From positions 103,821-167,820 of IMG/VR virus record IMGVR_UViG_3300027891_000004: 64,000 nt of DNA. One strand, written 5' to 3'. Below, piece by piece: positions 47,579-57,675 of this stretch; position 1 is the stretch's first letter; each line of letters starts with the position of its first letter. Below the pieces are notes generated by a model. That model did no database searches. It had not been told where the DNA came from and was given only the letters and a program-made list of their open reading frames with translations. The stretch is from a virus. Its lineage: Duplodnaviria; Caudoviricetes. A program made the translations under genes and the position numbers.

Positions 47579-48478
47579 TCACGCCTCTACGGGTAGAGGT
47601 TCCAAAACATCATTAGGCATACCAGCGGGCAGTTCATGTTCGAGGAACGTGGTGGCGGACGGTTCCTCTTCTTCAATAAAATGGGTAGGGGCGGTCGGTG
47701 TCGTATTATCCTGCGCCTTACGCATGAGACGGAGCAGGGTATCCTGTTCTTCAAGCGAAAGTTTCGAAATATCCATACCCTGCACGGCGGACGCGGACAT
47801 ATCGACGGCGGTCTGCGATACCAATTGCAGATGCGGGCCGAACCCTTTGTAAAGGATAGCGAGCGCACCGAGATCGCCGTCCTTGATACCCTTAACGAGC
47901 AGCTTCGCACCGACCTGTTCCGCCGTTCGGATTTGTATCGCCCGGAACGAATCAGCAAAATTCGGGTCGGTCCGCAACCAGATCATTACCGTTTTTTCAT
48001 CGACCCCGCAGGCGTTGCAGGCGATGCCTGGGAAATGGGCAGATTCGAGCGTCTTTAGAAAGAACTTCTTATCTCGTTCGATTTTTTCCTTCGTCCACAC
48101 GGGATCGTTTTTTATTTTATCTGCGAACGATTGGTACACCTGTTCCTGTTTTACCGACGTCGGCAGGTTCGTATCTACATGGAAATGTTCGGCCAATACA
48201 TCCAAATCGGCACCTTGCATCGTAAGTATATCTTCATTATGTTTCATAAACATTTTCCTCAATTTAGCGGTATCGCCCTTCGGATTAAAACCGGTCCATT
48301 TCCGTCCCAACGCACGGATAGCTTCCCAACGATTTATCCCTTTTCTCTCTTCATACGCCTTTATATATTTAAATTGACGCAATTGTTGAAGATACACATA
48401 GAAAGGCGACTTTTTACGCGGCGTCTTATTTTGAAAATTAAGAAACGCTGCTATCGACGCTTCGATAGGACGGAACAT
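47579..48478 (-). CDS. Putative terminase small subunit
   Basis: Directly upstream of terL; HTH ACNACGVDEKTV..W...DPNF; DISKLS.EE. Confidence 0.6.
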   Translation of the reverse strand: MFRPIEASIAAFLNFQNKTPRKKSPFYVYLQQLRQFKYIKAYEERKGINRWEAIRALGRKWTGFNPKGDTAKLRKMFMKHNEDILTMQGADLDVLAEHFHVDTNLPTSVKQEQVYQSFADKIKNDPVWTKEKIERDKKFFLKTLESAHFPGIACNACGVDEKTVMIWLRTDPNFADSFRAIQIRTAEQVGAKLLVKGIKDGDLGALAILYKGFGPHLQLVSQTAVDMSASAVQGMDISKLSLEEQDTLLRLMRKAQDNTTPTAPTHFIEEEEPSATTFLEHELPAGMPNDVLEPLPVEA

Positions 48479-48532
48479 GACAACTTTGAAAGCAATTTTA
48501 GTTTATGTTTACGTGAACGTCAACAGCGCACG

Positions 48533-49174
48533 TCAATCAGACCGACCGATCCGATAAACTTTGCCCAACTCGAATTCGGAAGCGTGCGTTACAAGTATAA
48601 ACTGGAACCCGAACTCATCGCACAGGCGTTCCAACAGATGCGACATCTTACTGCGGTATTCAACGGATAGGTATTTGAACATCTCGTCCATAATTACGAC
48701 GCTGCGAAGGGACCGACGGGACAGGTAAATAACGGCCAACCGCAGGGCCATAGCGGACACGTCAAGAACGCCGCCACCGATGTCCCGGTAGGTATAGTAT
48801 TCGCCGTCCCTGTACCATGCGCACTGCGCTTCACACTGCCCGCGTTTCTGGTTGAATAGGATTTTGAACTCATACGCATCGTTGCCGAACACCTCGGCCA
48901 AACAATACGAAACGATTTGCATAATCTGCCCGTGGAACCGTTCCTGTGTTTGTTCGTAAAGGTCTCGCAACAATTGAGTCGCCTCGCCAAAGGCGGACAA
49001 CGACTGCCCAACGGCGCATTTTTCCGACAAGGTATCAGCAAGTTCTGCTTCCGCCCGGTCAAGCAGCGCAAGTTTACCGGTAATCTGTTTCCTATAATTC
49101 TGCAATTCTATCTTTTGATTCATTCGTCTATAGGTAATCGCGGCATAACGCGGCATCGTCAACCGTCTCATCAT
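48533..49174 (-). CDS. Rad50/SbcC C-terminal half
   Basis: GGG signature, VIMDE Walker B, LVTH. Confidence 0.8.
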   Translation of the reverse strand: MMRRLTMPRYAAITYRRMNQKIELQNYRKQITGKLALLDRAEAELADTLSEKCAVGQSLSAFGEATQLLRDLYEQTQERFHGQIMQIVSYCLAEVFGNDAYEFKILFNQKRGQCEAQCAWYRDGEYYTYRDIGGGVLDVSAMALRLAVIYLSRRSLRSVVIMDEMFKYLSVEYRSKMSHLLERLCDEFGFQFILVTHASEFELGKVYRIGRSD

Positions 49175-49583
49175 TCGCCTTATTTACTGCGAACCGTTTC
49201 CGGTATTGCAACGCCCGGAACAGGGGTATGGATTCACGTGGCAATACGTACCCGTCAATTTCTACTGTATCAGACATATCCAGACCGCTTTCCTGACTCT
49301 TACGACGGGTCAACTCAGCCCGTAAACAGCCGCAGCTACGGACGGAGCCTTTCAGCATCGAATAATAGTGGACAAACACTACATTGCCGCACGAACATTC
49401 GCATTCAGCCAAAGTAGCCTTGCCTCTTCTTACCGGCCGGTCGCCCACGAGGGTAAGCCGTCCGTAAACGCAGCCTTTTGTATACTTTGTTTTTTTTTCA
49501 CGCCTTTTCGGTTTTGTTTCTGCGGCTTTATTTTCACGACAGGTTTTCATAACGCTCACGAAACTCACGGTAGGCATCTTCAA
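49128..49583 (-). CDS. HNH/AP2 homing-endonuclease-type N-terminal zinc domain protein
   Basis: YGRLTLV...CECSCGN...RSCGC. Confidence 0.6.
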   Translation of the reverse strand: MKMPTVSFVSVMKTCRENKAAETKPKRREKKTKYTKGCVYGRLTLVGDRPVRRGKATLAECECSCGNVVFVHYYSMLKGSVRSCGCLRAELTRRKSQESGLDMSDTVEIDGYVLPRESIPLFRALQYRKRFAVNKANDETVDDAALCRDYL

Positions 49584-49806
49584 AAGCCTCCTCCATACAT
49601 GGCAATTCCTTCTCCAACCGGATTACTTCTTTTTCGGCTTCCTCTGGCGTTAGCCCGTAGGTCGCGTGCAGGTGCTCGACCAACTGCGACTCCTTCGCCT
49701 CCAAAGTAGTAATCTCCTTTTGGATTTCGGCCAATTGTTTTTTATACTTTTCGTACTGTTCTACGCTTAGACTCATAATTATTCCACACCAAAAAAGTAA
49801 TTGCAC
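49534..49806 (-). CDS. Small coiled-coil protein in the Rad50/Mre11 cluster
   Basis: Heptads; YGLTPEEAEKE. Confidence 0.55.
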   Translation of the reverse strand: MQLLFWCGIIMSLSVEQYEKYKKQLAEIQKEITTLEAKESQLVEHLHATYGLTPEEAEKEVIRLEKELPCMEEAFEDAYREFRERYENLS

Positions 49807-50066
49807 GCCTTTTCGACATACGCGATCCCGCCGCTATCGTACCACCTATCCAATACGGAAACGTCAACATCTGCGTCAACGATCAGGCGAAAGAGCCCGG
49901 AAGGAACCCGATCCACAAATTTCGACCGCAGCCACCGGGCGCGATCAACGCGAGCCAAATAATCATCGTACCAAACGATACCATCAAACTCGTTGCTTTT
50001 CGACAACGCAAACGGGAACAAATTGGGCACCCGCTCTTTACGCGGAGACGATAGTCGTGATCGCAT
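49779..50066 (-). CDS. Hypothetical protein
   Basis: Overlapping operon arrangement. Confidence 0.4.
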   Translation of the reverse strand: MRSRLSSPRKERVPNLFPFALSKSNEFDGIVWYDDYLARVDRARWLRSKFVDRVPSGLFRLIVDADVDVSVLDRWYDSGGIAYVEKACNYFFGVE

Positions 50067-50928
50067 CCCTCACCTCACTCGAAATATCACGCGACACCAA
50101 AAACGCCCGAAGCAATTCATCCACATCGCAAACAAGCGATTCCGAATAGCTCAGCGATTGGAAAAACCGCGTAAAATCAGGGCTATCCTTTTCTGCTTTC
50201 GTATCGCCCCGGACGGAAATAATATCGTCGGCAACCGGGACGGGCACAAATTCCAACCGATCTTTAAAAACAAACACGACAACGGGTTGAAACGTCACGT
50301 GTCCCTTCTCTCGCCGGTAAAACGAGCCGCAATTGACAACGTTACCCTGCAGGAACGGGATATGGTTGTCCCCGAAAACGCAGAAATCATAGCCCGTCAA
50401 CAGATCGGCAATCCGGTCCAAATGGTATTCGTTTGATGCCCCGCCGTAACACGAACCGTGCGCCCATACGAAACGGTGAGCCACAAGGATGTCAACGTCC
50501 GCCCGTTTCTCACACGAGGCCAGTTCTTTGTCAAAATAGAATCCGTGCAGGGCAACGGAAACGCCGTTCACATTTAAAATAACCACGCCGTCTATATCCA
50601 CGATCCGTTTAGTACGCATAAGCATCCCGTAGGCAGATTCCGATATATTCTTGACATTATGGTAGGGCAAGTCATGGTTGCCCGCGACAGCATAGGCGCA
50701 GGGGAGTACGCGGTCCGCAAAATTAAGGAGCCGGGAATCGGACACGGCCCGGTCGAAAATATCGCCCGCGATAACAACGGGGCACCCGTATTGTTTCGCC
50801 AGTTTTTTTAGCCACCGGAGTGGCCGAGCCTGTGCGGCCAGCCAATCGGGTTCGGCGGACCGAAACGCGGGCGGCTGCATAGACAAATGCAGATCGGAAC
50901 AAGCAATCAAAAGTGGGGCTTCATCCAT
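50038..50928 (-). CDS. Mre11/SbcD nuclease
   Basis: SDLH, AGDIFD, GNHD, VAH, GDNH, NCGS. Confidence 0.85.
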   Translation of the reverse strand: MDEAPLLIACSDLHLSMQPPAFRSAEPDWLAAQARPLRWLKKLAKQYGCPVVIAGDIFDRAVSDSRLLNFADRVLPCAYAVAGNHDLPYHNVKNISESAYGMLMRTKRIVDIDGVVILNVNGVSVALHGFYFDKELASCEKRADVDILVAHRFVWAHGSCYGGASNEYHLDRIADLLTGYDFCVFGDNHIPFLQGNVVNCGSFYRREKGHVTFQPVVVFVFKDRLEFVPVPVADDIISVRGDTKAEKDSPDFTRFFQSLSYSESLVCDVDELLRAFLVSRDISSEVRDAITTIVSA

Positions 50929-50935
50929 TCGTTTT

Positions 50936-52186
50936 TTATATCTTTGAACCACAAATAGGGCATAGTCCACCCGATTTCTCTTCAAACTCGGCACACAATT
51001 CGCCATGCGTCCTACGCGCCAACAGCAATGCGGTCCTGTACTTCTCGATACCAACAATCACATTTTTGGCATTATCCACGTATGTTTTCCGTTCCAACAG
51101 ATCGGAAAACAACTCGCCCAACGGCTCCCCACGTTTGCGCAACAAGCAAAGGCGCAAAACAACCGAAGTATACTTTAAAAGCAACTTGTATTTTTTGGCG
51201 TTATTTTGAAGTGTGCGAAAATTATCCAACAATTTGTGTAGGCAATTTTGTTTTTCCAACAAACGATCCCGCCACGTGGCGGGGTCTCGCAACGAAACAA
51301 CAATTTGCGAGAGGGCGCTGTACCGTCGTTTCTCGGAAATAATGGAATCCGCATCGGGGGCGACGGAAACCATTTTACGCAGGAGAGACGCGCGTTTCTT
51401 TTTCTGATCGATACCCGTTAAAACAGCAGTAAGATTGTCCAACAATTCTCGACGCGTTTGTAATTCAGCGAACAGTTCAACAAAAGTGTGCAGGCAATCA
51501 CGTCGCACGGCCTTCATACCTATATCCGTTTGGAAGTCCTCGAGGCAGATAAGCAACCGGTTGTATTCGTCTTTTTTAATTTTGGCTTCTGCGTATTTCG
51601 CCTGTTGCCGTTCCAAAACATCCAAATCCTTCTCCAACGCCCGGTAGGGGGCCAGTGCCTCCAAATAGGACCGCACGGTTTTTTCACGTTCGGCGAGGTA
51701 CGCCTGTCTCTCTTTTAATTGACGTTCTTTCGACGCGCCCGTTTTGATCCATTGTTCCAATTTGGTTAAATCAACGATCCGGTTCAGCTTTGAAACCAAT
51801 TCGGAACCAGTCGCGTTGAACCAATAGTAGGCATCAAACTGCTGCTGTACGTTATCCTCGCCCATCCGGAGGAACATTTCAATTTCGTGGGGCACACCCT
51901 TGCCAATAGCATTCGACACGTTGCCATCGAAGTAATAGCCGTTCTTTGATTTTGTCCGGAACCGTTCAATTACATGCCCGTCCGCCTGGAGGCGGACCGA
52001 CATATCATCCGCGCCGCGACGGAGCAACGCGGATGGCGAGCCGTTATTGAAACATACCCATTCCAAAGACCGGACAACGGCCGACTTTCCGGAATCCGAT
52101 TTGCCCACAAAGGTCGTGATACGATCCAAGTCTAACTCACGACTTTCATGGCATTGGAAATTGGTTAGCGTCAGTTTTTCAAACAT
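50936..52186 (-). CDS. Rad50/SbcC N-terminal half ending at the zinc hook
   Basis: LTNFQCH, GKSDSGKS, Q-loop, coiled coil, terminal CPICG. Confidence 0.8.
   Translation of the reverse strand: MFEKLTLTNFQCHESRELDLDRITTFVGKSDSGKSAVVRSLEWVCFNNGSPSALLRRGADDMSVRLQADGHVIERFRTKSKNGYYFDGNVSNAIGKGVPHEIEMFLRMGEDNVQQQFDAYYWFNATGSELVSKLNRIVDLTKLEQWIKTGASKERQLKERQAYLAEREKTVRSYLEALAPYRALEKDLDVLERQQAKYAEAKIKKDEYNRLLICLEDFQTDIGMKAVRRDCLHTFVELFAELQTRRELLDNLTAVLTGIDQKKKRASLLRKMVSVAPDADSIISEKRRYSALSQIVVSLRDPATWRDRLLEKQNCLHKLLDNFRTLQNNAKKYKLLLKYTSVVLRLCLLRKRGEPLGELFSDLLERKTYVDNAKNVIVGIEKYRTALLLARRTHGELCAEFEEKSGGLCPICGSKI
51268..51283. repeat. 16-bp palindrome, perfect
   Basis: CCCGCCACGTGGCGGG inside a CDS. 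Confidence 0.9.
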
Positions 52187-52187
52187 T

Positions 52188-52871
52188 TTAAAAGGAAGGC
52201 AGCAGGTCCAGCACGTCTGTAGAAATAGGAGCTGTTTCCACGTCAAACCATTGCAAGCGCAATGTAGAAGGCGGAACCAATTCATGGGATACCAATTGCA
52301 TTACTAAATCGCGGCTACATTCTGTCCGCAAAAAATTAGTGATACCGTCGTTCAACTCTAGCCGTTTCCGTTTGCAGTCAAGAATCAAATTCAGCATCTT
52401 CATAACATCATGCGTCACTAAGTTATCCTTCATTTGACAGATGAAAAAAGAACATGTCGAATCGCCGGGTTTTGGCCGTTCCAATGTATATTGGAAAACA
52501 AAGAAACCGTTACTCAACCCAATCGCATCGAAATCCTCCCACAAACCACGTTTCACACCGAGTATTAACGTGCTGCTTGGCATCGTGCGACGCTTTTCCG
52601 ACTCAAGATCACGTTTGACACTCGCAAGCTCTACGGTCATATTTTCAAGCAACGCCAGCAGCGTTGCTTGCTGCCCTATAGAATAGAATAAGGCTTTCGC
52701 AAGATCATCATAGGCGCCGGTAGACGGCGCGACCACCTTCTTCTTTGTTTTTGGGATATTACTTTCACTGGGGTTTGGCCCGTTTTGTGGCATTCTCCTT
52801 TCTTTTGTTGACTTTTTACTCGCATTTTTAGTAACAGGCTTCTTTGCTTCTTTATATATTCTCGTTTTCAT
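52188..52871 (-). CDS. Hypothetical protein
   Basis: Basic N-terminus, coiled coil. Confidence 0.5.
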   Translation of the reverse strand: MKTRIYKEAKKPVTKNASKKSTKERRMPQNGPNPSESNIPKTKKKVVAPSTGAYDDLAKALFYSIGQQATLLALLENMTVELASVKRDLESEKRRTMPSSTLILGVKRGLWEDFDAIGLSNGFFVFQYTLERPKPGDSTCSFFICQMKDNLVTHDVMKMLNLILDCKRKRLELNDGITNFLRTECSRDLVMQLVSHELVPPSTLRLQWFDVETAPISTDVLDLLPSF

Positions 52872-52902
52872 AACTACTCAGGGCTAATGGGTTTACAAAA
52901 GT

Positions 52903-53781
52903 TTAAAAATCAAACAAACTACGCGCTTTGGTACGCGCTTGCCATACGTGTTCCCATTCGTCGTATATCCGTTTCTTGGAAACGGATACGTACTCTGGAA
53001 TTTTATCAACTCCGATAAAATTCCGGCCCAGCTTGACCGACGCAACGCCGGTCGTGCCAGAACCCATAAAAGGGTCCAAAACGGTATCTCCGGGCCGCGT
53101 AAACAAACGTATGAAAAAATCGGGCAACGCCTCCGGGAACACGGCGCTATGCCCTTTATTCATACCGACAACGGGCAGATGTAAAACATTCGAGGGGAGC
53201 ACCATGTCGGGATTTGCGAGGGATTCATCTATTCCAAACCCGGAACAGGTCCGCATCTCGCGGCGCCCCTGCGAAGAACCCAAAGAACGGCGTTTGGCCC
53301 GCTCGTCTGGCGACCGTTTCGATGGCACTTTAACGGCATCTTGGTATATTGCAAACTCACGGCATACGTTGAACTGCAACAAACGTTCCCATGCGTCCTT
53401 GAGCCGGTACGTCCATTTGCCTGGTATGGCATTTTTCTTATGCCATACGTATTCCTCCGTCCATAGCCACCCGTCTTTTCGCATCTCCTGTATCAATTCC
53501 AACACGTAGGTCAAGCGTTCGTAATTCTGAACCCCTTCTTTGATATTGAGGATAAACGTACCTGTCGGTTTCAAAACGCGGCGAAACTCGCGCGCGCGTT
53601 CTACAAACCAACCTGCATACTTATCATGCGGCACGCCGCCGTAGGTATGCTCGCGGCGGTCGGCGTAGGGCGGCGACGTTACGATCAAATCGACTGTGCC
53701 GCGTTCGACACATCGCAACGCATCAAGGCAATCGCCAACCAACAGGTGGCACGAAACTCCGTTCAACCGAAACAAATCCAA
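52903..53781 (-). CDS. DNA N4-C/N6-A methyltransferase (beta class)
   Basis: TSPPY before VLDPFMGSGTT; HSAVFP. Confidence 0.9.
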   Translation of the reverse strand: MDLFRLNGVSCHLLVGDCLDALRCVERGTVDLIVTSPPYADRREHTYGGVPHDKYAGWFVERAREFRRVLKPTGTFILNIKEGVQNYERLTYVLELIQEMRKDGWLWTEEYVWHKKNAIPGKWTYRLKDAWERLLQFNVCREFAIYQDAVKVPSKRSPDERAKRRSLGSSQGRREMRTCSGFGIDESLANPDMVLPSNVLHLPVVGMNKGHSAVFPEALPDFFIRLFTRPGDTVLDPFMGSGTTGVASVKLGRNFIGVDKIPEYVSVSKKRIYDEWEHVWQARTKARSLFDF

Positions 53782-53803
53782 AGTGATCTCAAATTCAAAA
53801 CTA

Positions 53804-54505
53804 TTACATTACTCGCGCCAAATACAGCCCATCCCATATCGAATACCAATTGCAAAACAACCGCGAGGCGGCGTTAAACTTACGGTCAGTGTCTATAAAC
53901 TGCACGGCATCAAAAAACGTATCATCCGCCGTGCAGCCATCTCTCAATTCACCGATATAAACAATCAGACCGTTTGGATTCTTTTTCTTAAAAGCGGCCG
54001 CAGCGCGAGTGGCCATCTCGCGCTCTTGTTTCTTGGCATTCCGGCCCGGCGGCCAACATAAAATCAAAATATCCGTATCCTTCCCATAGTTTTTTACCGC
54101 CTGCAACGCGGTCTTTTTTTCTACCGGAGTCCACATGCCACCGTCAAAATCACACAGGAATTTCCAACTCCGGCTATCGGTCGCCCGAACGTCAACGCCA
54201 CAATTCTTCAAAGCCTTCGCAAGCATCCCACGCCCCGCACCTACCTCAAGGCACCGTCGGTCGCCGATCCACGCCGCAAGTTTGGATACCCAATCATGCG
54301 CAACAAGCGCATAGCTCCCGTTACGTATGAACTCGTTTCGCACAGAATGGAGCAGATCGTCCAATTCCGTATGATTAAAGAAATTCCACGATGCCGGAAC
54401 CTGTTTCTTTTCGGTCGCCCATAGGTTCACCAAGATAGCAGCGAGCGTATCACAGACGGACAACTTTTTTCGTTTTCTACTCATTTTTCGATGAAAAGAT
54501 GCCAA
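53804..54505 (-). CDS. SAM-dependent methyltransferase-like protein
   Basis: LEVGAGRG, ATDS, LCWPP, YIGE. Confidence 0.7.
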   Translation of the reverse strand: MASFHRKMSRKRKKLSVCDTLAAILVNLWATEKKQVPASWNFFNHTELDDLLHSVRNEFIRNGSYALVAHDWVSKLAAWIGDRRCLEVGAGRGMLAKALKNCGVDVRATDSRSWKFLCDFDGGMWTPVEKKTALQAVKNYGKDTDILILCWPPGRNAKKQEREMATRAAAAFKKKNPNGLIVYIGELRDGCTADDTFFDAVQFIDTDRKFNAASRLFCNWYSIWDGLYLARVM

Positions 54506-54777
54506 ACAAGGGCACCGTCAAACAGGGTATCAAAATAGGCAAAGGGGGAAAACGGGAATTCGTCGGGAATAGGATGGCTCGAACCGATAAATTTAAAACG
54601 CTGATCAAACGTTTCCGTAGAGTCGTGTTCGCCCGACGCCCATACGCAAACAACGGGCGGCTTCTTGCCCGGAATGCCTTTTTCGGTAATCCTCGCCTTC
54701 AAAATCCTCGATTTGACCGGCATCTTGATTACGGCATCGTCGCCGAACGGAATGTAGTATTGTTGGACCGTTCGCAT
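54481..54777 (-). CDS. Conserved small phage protein
   Basis: MRTV..Y.IP...CVWA...GSSHPIP...LVWHLF. Confidence 0.55.
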   Translation of the reverse strand: MRTVQQYYIPFGDDAVIKMPVKSRILKARITEKGIPGKKPPVVCVWASGEHDSTETFDQRFKFIGSSHPIPDEFPFSPFAYFDTLFDGALVWHLFIEK

Positions 54778-54832
54778 AAAATAGTATGCAAAATTGAAGG
54801 TGAAATTCAAAGTAAAAAACCGCATATTATGC

Positions 54833-54861
54833 TTGCATATTTTGCAAACTAACCTTATAAT
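54833..54861 (+). promoter_or_regulatory. Sigma70 promoter for the leader gene at 54904
   Basis: TTGCAT-17-TATAAT. Confidence 0.65.
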
Positions 54862-54903
54862 AACGGTACAAACGAAACACGAACCTAACAAAATAAAACA
54901 AAC

Positions 54904-55203
54904 ATGCAAAAACTTGCCGATATATCAACGTTTGAGTTGTTGGGAGCCGTCGCAAACACGCAGCAGCCGAACGCATGGGTAACGAAACTATCCATACTCA
55001 AGGAAAAAATGCGGGAGGGCGACTGGCGTGGCGCGATCAGCTTGGCATCCAAATTCGGTCAACTAGGCCCGCAACGAAACGCCATATTAGACGCGCAGGG
55101 AGCCTATACCAACCCACGTTTCTACACACAAATCGAAAAAGACCCGGACGCGCTTATCGAAGCTGGGAAACGGGCCCTTATTGAACGTTACGGTTCCGAT
55201 TGA
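54904..55203 (+). CDS. Leader fused to a common small phage domain
   Basis: MQKLADISTFELLGAVAN, then TKLS.LK..M..GDWRGA...A.KF..LG...NPRFY.QI.KDPDALI.AG. Confidence 0.75.
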   Translation: MQKLADISTFELLGAVANTQQPNAWVTKLSILKEKMREGDWRGAISLASKFGQLGPQRNAILDAQGAYTNPRFYTQIEKDPDALIEAGKRALIERYGSD

Positions 55204-57068
55204 TCGAAATCGGAACCGTCATCAACGCCGTTGAATTCCAAATCTTCGTCCCGGACCTCAATCTCCTCAACGTCAACAGGCCCAATATACTTAGCAGCTT
55301 CTTGCGGGCTGCCCTTAACGAACATCAATATATTCTGATGTTGTTTCCCAAATTTACGCGATTTATTAAACATAGGCCCAACACGGAAAGTTAGCGAACC
55401 GGCAACGTTCACAAGTATGGCCTCATTATAATAAGTCAAACCCGCCTTCTCAAACGCGCGTACCGTGTCGCCCACAAAATTCATATAGCCGCCGGTAGCC
55501 TTCGACCGGTACTCGCCAACCACGAAACAGGCGAACCGGTTATTTTTCAGCAGACGGCACCACGTGTCAATAATCCGCTCGTAGGTTTCAACGAACCTGC
55601 CGTAGGGCATATTGGATATATCCGCCGGATCATCCGAATAAACTTCCAAATCGCCGTAAGGCGGGCACGAAAATAGGAAATCAAACTGCGGCTCATGCCC
55701 AACAAAATCATTTACCATCGCCGAGTCGCCGACGAGCCATTTAACGTCCCCGACCGTATCGTCTTGTTTTACGCCACCGTTAGCAACCAAAAAATCGAAC
55801 GAATCGCGTGGCATCTCGGCGTAGAAATCTTTCGCGTTCGGCGCCTGGACAATAGATTCAATCCTGGCCACTTCCGACGCACCAAAAAGCGATACAAGCG
55901 CCGAGTTAAACTTAACGTATGCCGGAATATCGCCGCCTCCAGCATAACAATCCATCAACCGATACCTACGGCTAACAATAAGGGCTCCATTTTTATTCAA
56001 CTCAAACGGAAACACGTTACGACAATTGCCGAAACAAGAATCAGAGAAATCGGTCGGGCATCCTTTGAATTTTAACGTCATCATAGCGGCCGATACTCGT
56101 ACGCGCACCTTACCGCCTACTTCACGTGCCATACGCGGCCCGTATATCTGATTGAAATTCTCGATATTTGCATCGATCTGTTCTTCACGCAGGTCCATGC
56201 CGACATAGTTCCGGCCCAGTTCCGACGCGACGATCCCTCGCACGGACCCGCCCGCAAAAGGGTCTCCGATAACGCCCCCGGCCGGGCAAAACCACCGGTA
56301 GAACAATTCACACAACACGGGATCGAAAATACTGCTACCCGCGGCGGCGTCATCCTTCGGATCGAAATAACGTGTCGCAAACTCAGACGCCGTAAGCGCG
56401 TAGCCAAGTTCCTTCTCCTTCTTTGTCTTCTCGCGGTAAAACGTTGGATGCGATGTTTTAGTTTTAAACAACACACCGCCGGTAGACAAACCGCTCCCTT
56501 CGGTGCCCCGCCCCGCTTCGCTCTTTATGCCCAGCTCCTTCCATTTTATCTTACGATCCTTCCACCAACCCTGTCTGGTGTCGAACACGGAAAAAGGCGG
56601 GAACACAAACTTTTCACGGAGCGAGCCGGGAAGAACCAAAGGCGGTCGTTCCGTGTTTTCAAACACGGAGGGGCCGGATTCAAGCAGCTTCGACAATTCG
56701 GAGGCGTCGAACCCAAAAGATTGCATGTCGTACCCGTTCGCAAGCGACATTTCAAGCTCACGCGAAAGCAGGTCCAAATCCCACTCGGCGATCTCGCCGG
56801 TCTTGTTATCAACAATCCGGTACGCCTGCGCTTTTTCCGGCGTCATATCTTTCGCGATATGGACCGGAACCTCTTTCAAGCCCAATTTCCGCGCCGCGAG
56901 CAACCGCGTATGCCCGACAACAACCTCCATATTCTCGTCAACGACGATGGGCTGCCGGAACCCAAAATCACGGATAGAAGCCATGACTTTATCAACGGCG
57001 TTATCGTTGATACGAGGGTTCCCTTTGTACGGAAAGACACTATCAATAGGAAGATTTTCAATAATCAT
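55188..57068 (-). CDS. ParB N-terminal domain + DNA methyltransferase fusion with a Cys-containing insert
   Basis: NPRIN, FGFRQPIV, VGHTR; DPFAGGSVRG; SCPPY. Confidence 0.85.
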   Translation of the reverse strand: MIIENLPIDSVFPYKGNPRINDNAVDKVMASIRDFGFRQPIVVDENMEVVVGHTRLLAARKLGLKEVPVHIAKDMTPEKAQAYRIVDNKTGEIAEWDLDLLSRELEMSLANGYDMQSFGFDASELSKLLESGPSVFENTERPPLVLPGSLREKFVFPPFSVFDTRQGWWKDRKIKWKELGIKSEAGRGTEGSGLSTGGVLFKTKTSHPTFYREKTKKEKELGYALTASEFATRYFDPKDDAAAGSSIFDPVLCELFYRWFCPAGGVIGDPFAGGSVRGIVASELGRNYVGMDLREEQIDANIENFNQIYGPRMAREVGGKVRVRVSAAMMTLKFKGCPTDFSDSCFGNCRNVFPFELNKNGALIVSRRYRLMDCYAGGGDIPAYVKFNSALVSLFGASEVARIESIVQAPNAKDFYAEMPRDSFDFLVANGGVKQDDTVGDVKWLVGDSAMVNDFVGHEPQFDFLFSCPPYGDLEVYSDDPADISNMPYGRFVETYERIIDTWCRLLKNNRFACFVVGEYRSKATGGYMNFVGDTVRAFEKAGLTYYNEAILVNVAGSLTFRVGPMFNKSRKFGKQHQNILMFVKGSPQEAAKYIGPVDVEEIEVRDEDLEFNGVDDGSDFDQSEP

Positions 57069-57266
57069 AGAGGAGGTAATTAGCAATTTATTAGCATCCG
57101 CAGCGACAAGATTCCGACGTCGAGGACGCATGTGTCGAACAATCGTTCGATTTAACCGATACTTCTTTTGTTTGTTTCGGCGTGAACCATTCGCATACGG
57201 ACCCGGCATTAGGGCATGAAAGTACCTGCTCACAATCGCGGCACGTTCTTGTACTGTTAAAAACGG

Positions 57267-57650
57267 TTACTTGTTCGCTGGCCATAATGGAATCTCCTGT
57301 TCTTGGGTTTCAAACGGTTCCGTTGCCGCCACATGGGGCAACGTCTCTATATCGCGGACGGCGGCAACGCCATTTACGGAAGCGTCCATAGCCGCCTTAG
57401 CAGCGTTAAACGCCTTTCGTATTGTATTCTGTATTCTCGTTTTTATGCTAGCGTAAAATTCCGTACCCGCCTTCGTGCGCGAGAACACCACGCGGTCCTC
57501 TTCACACGGTTGATCGTGCCGATGGTACAGACCGTACCGGGACAACAAATCAAGCAACACAAAACGCGGATCAGCCGGCTCTACGTAGTACAATTCATGT
57601 TGCATCAATTCCAAATCATGGACGCCGAATTCAACAGACATGTGAGTCAT
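57267..57650 (-). CDS. Hypothetical protein
   Basis: ORF in operon context. Confidence 0.45.
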   Translation of the reverse strand: MTHMSVEFGVHDLELMQHELYYVEPADPRFVLLDLLSRYGLYHRHDQPCEEDRVVFSRTKAGTEFYASIKTRIQNTIRKAFNAAKAAMDASVNGVAAVRDIETLPHVAATEPFETQEQEIPLWPANK

Positions 57651-57675
57651 AGGTGGGATTTCCGCCCGTCCCTGT

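Noticed and set aside
57325-57340. Partial palindrome matches (also near 22380 and 21325)
   Set aside because: Half-sites with four or more mismatches; compatible with chance.
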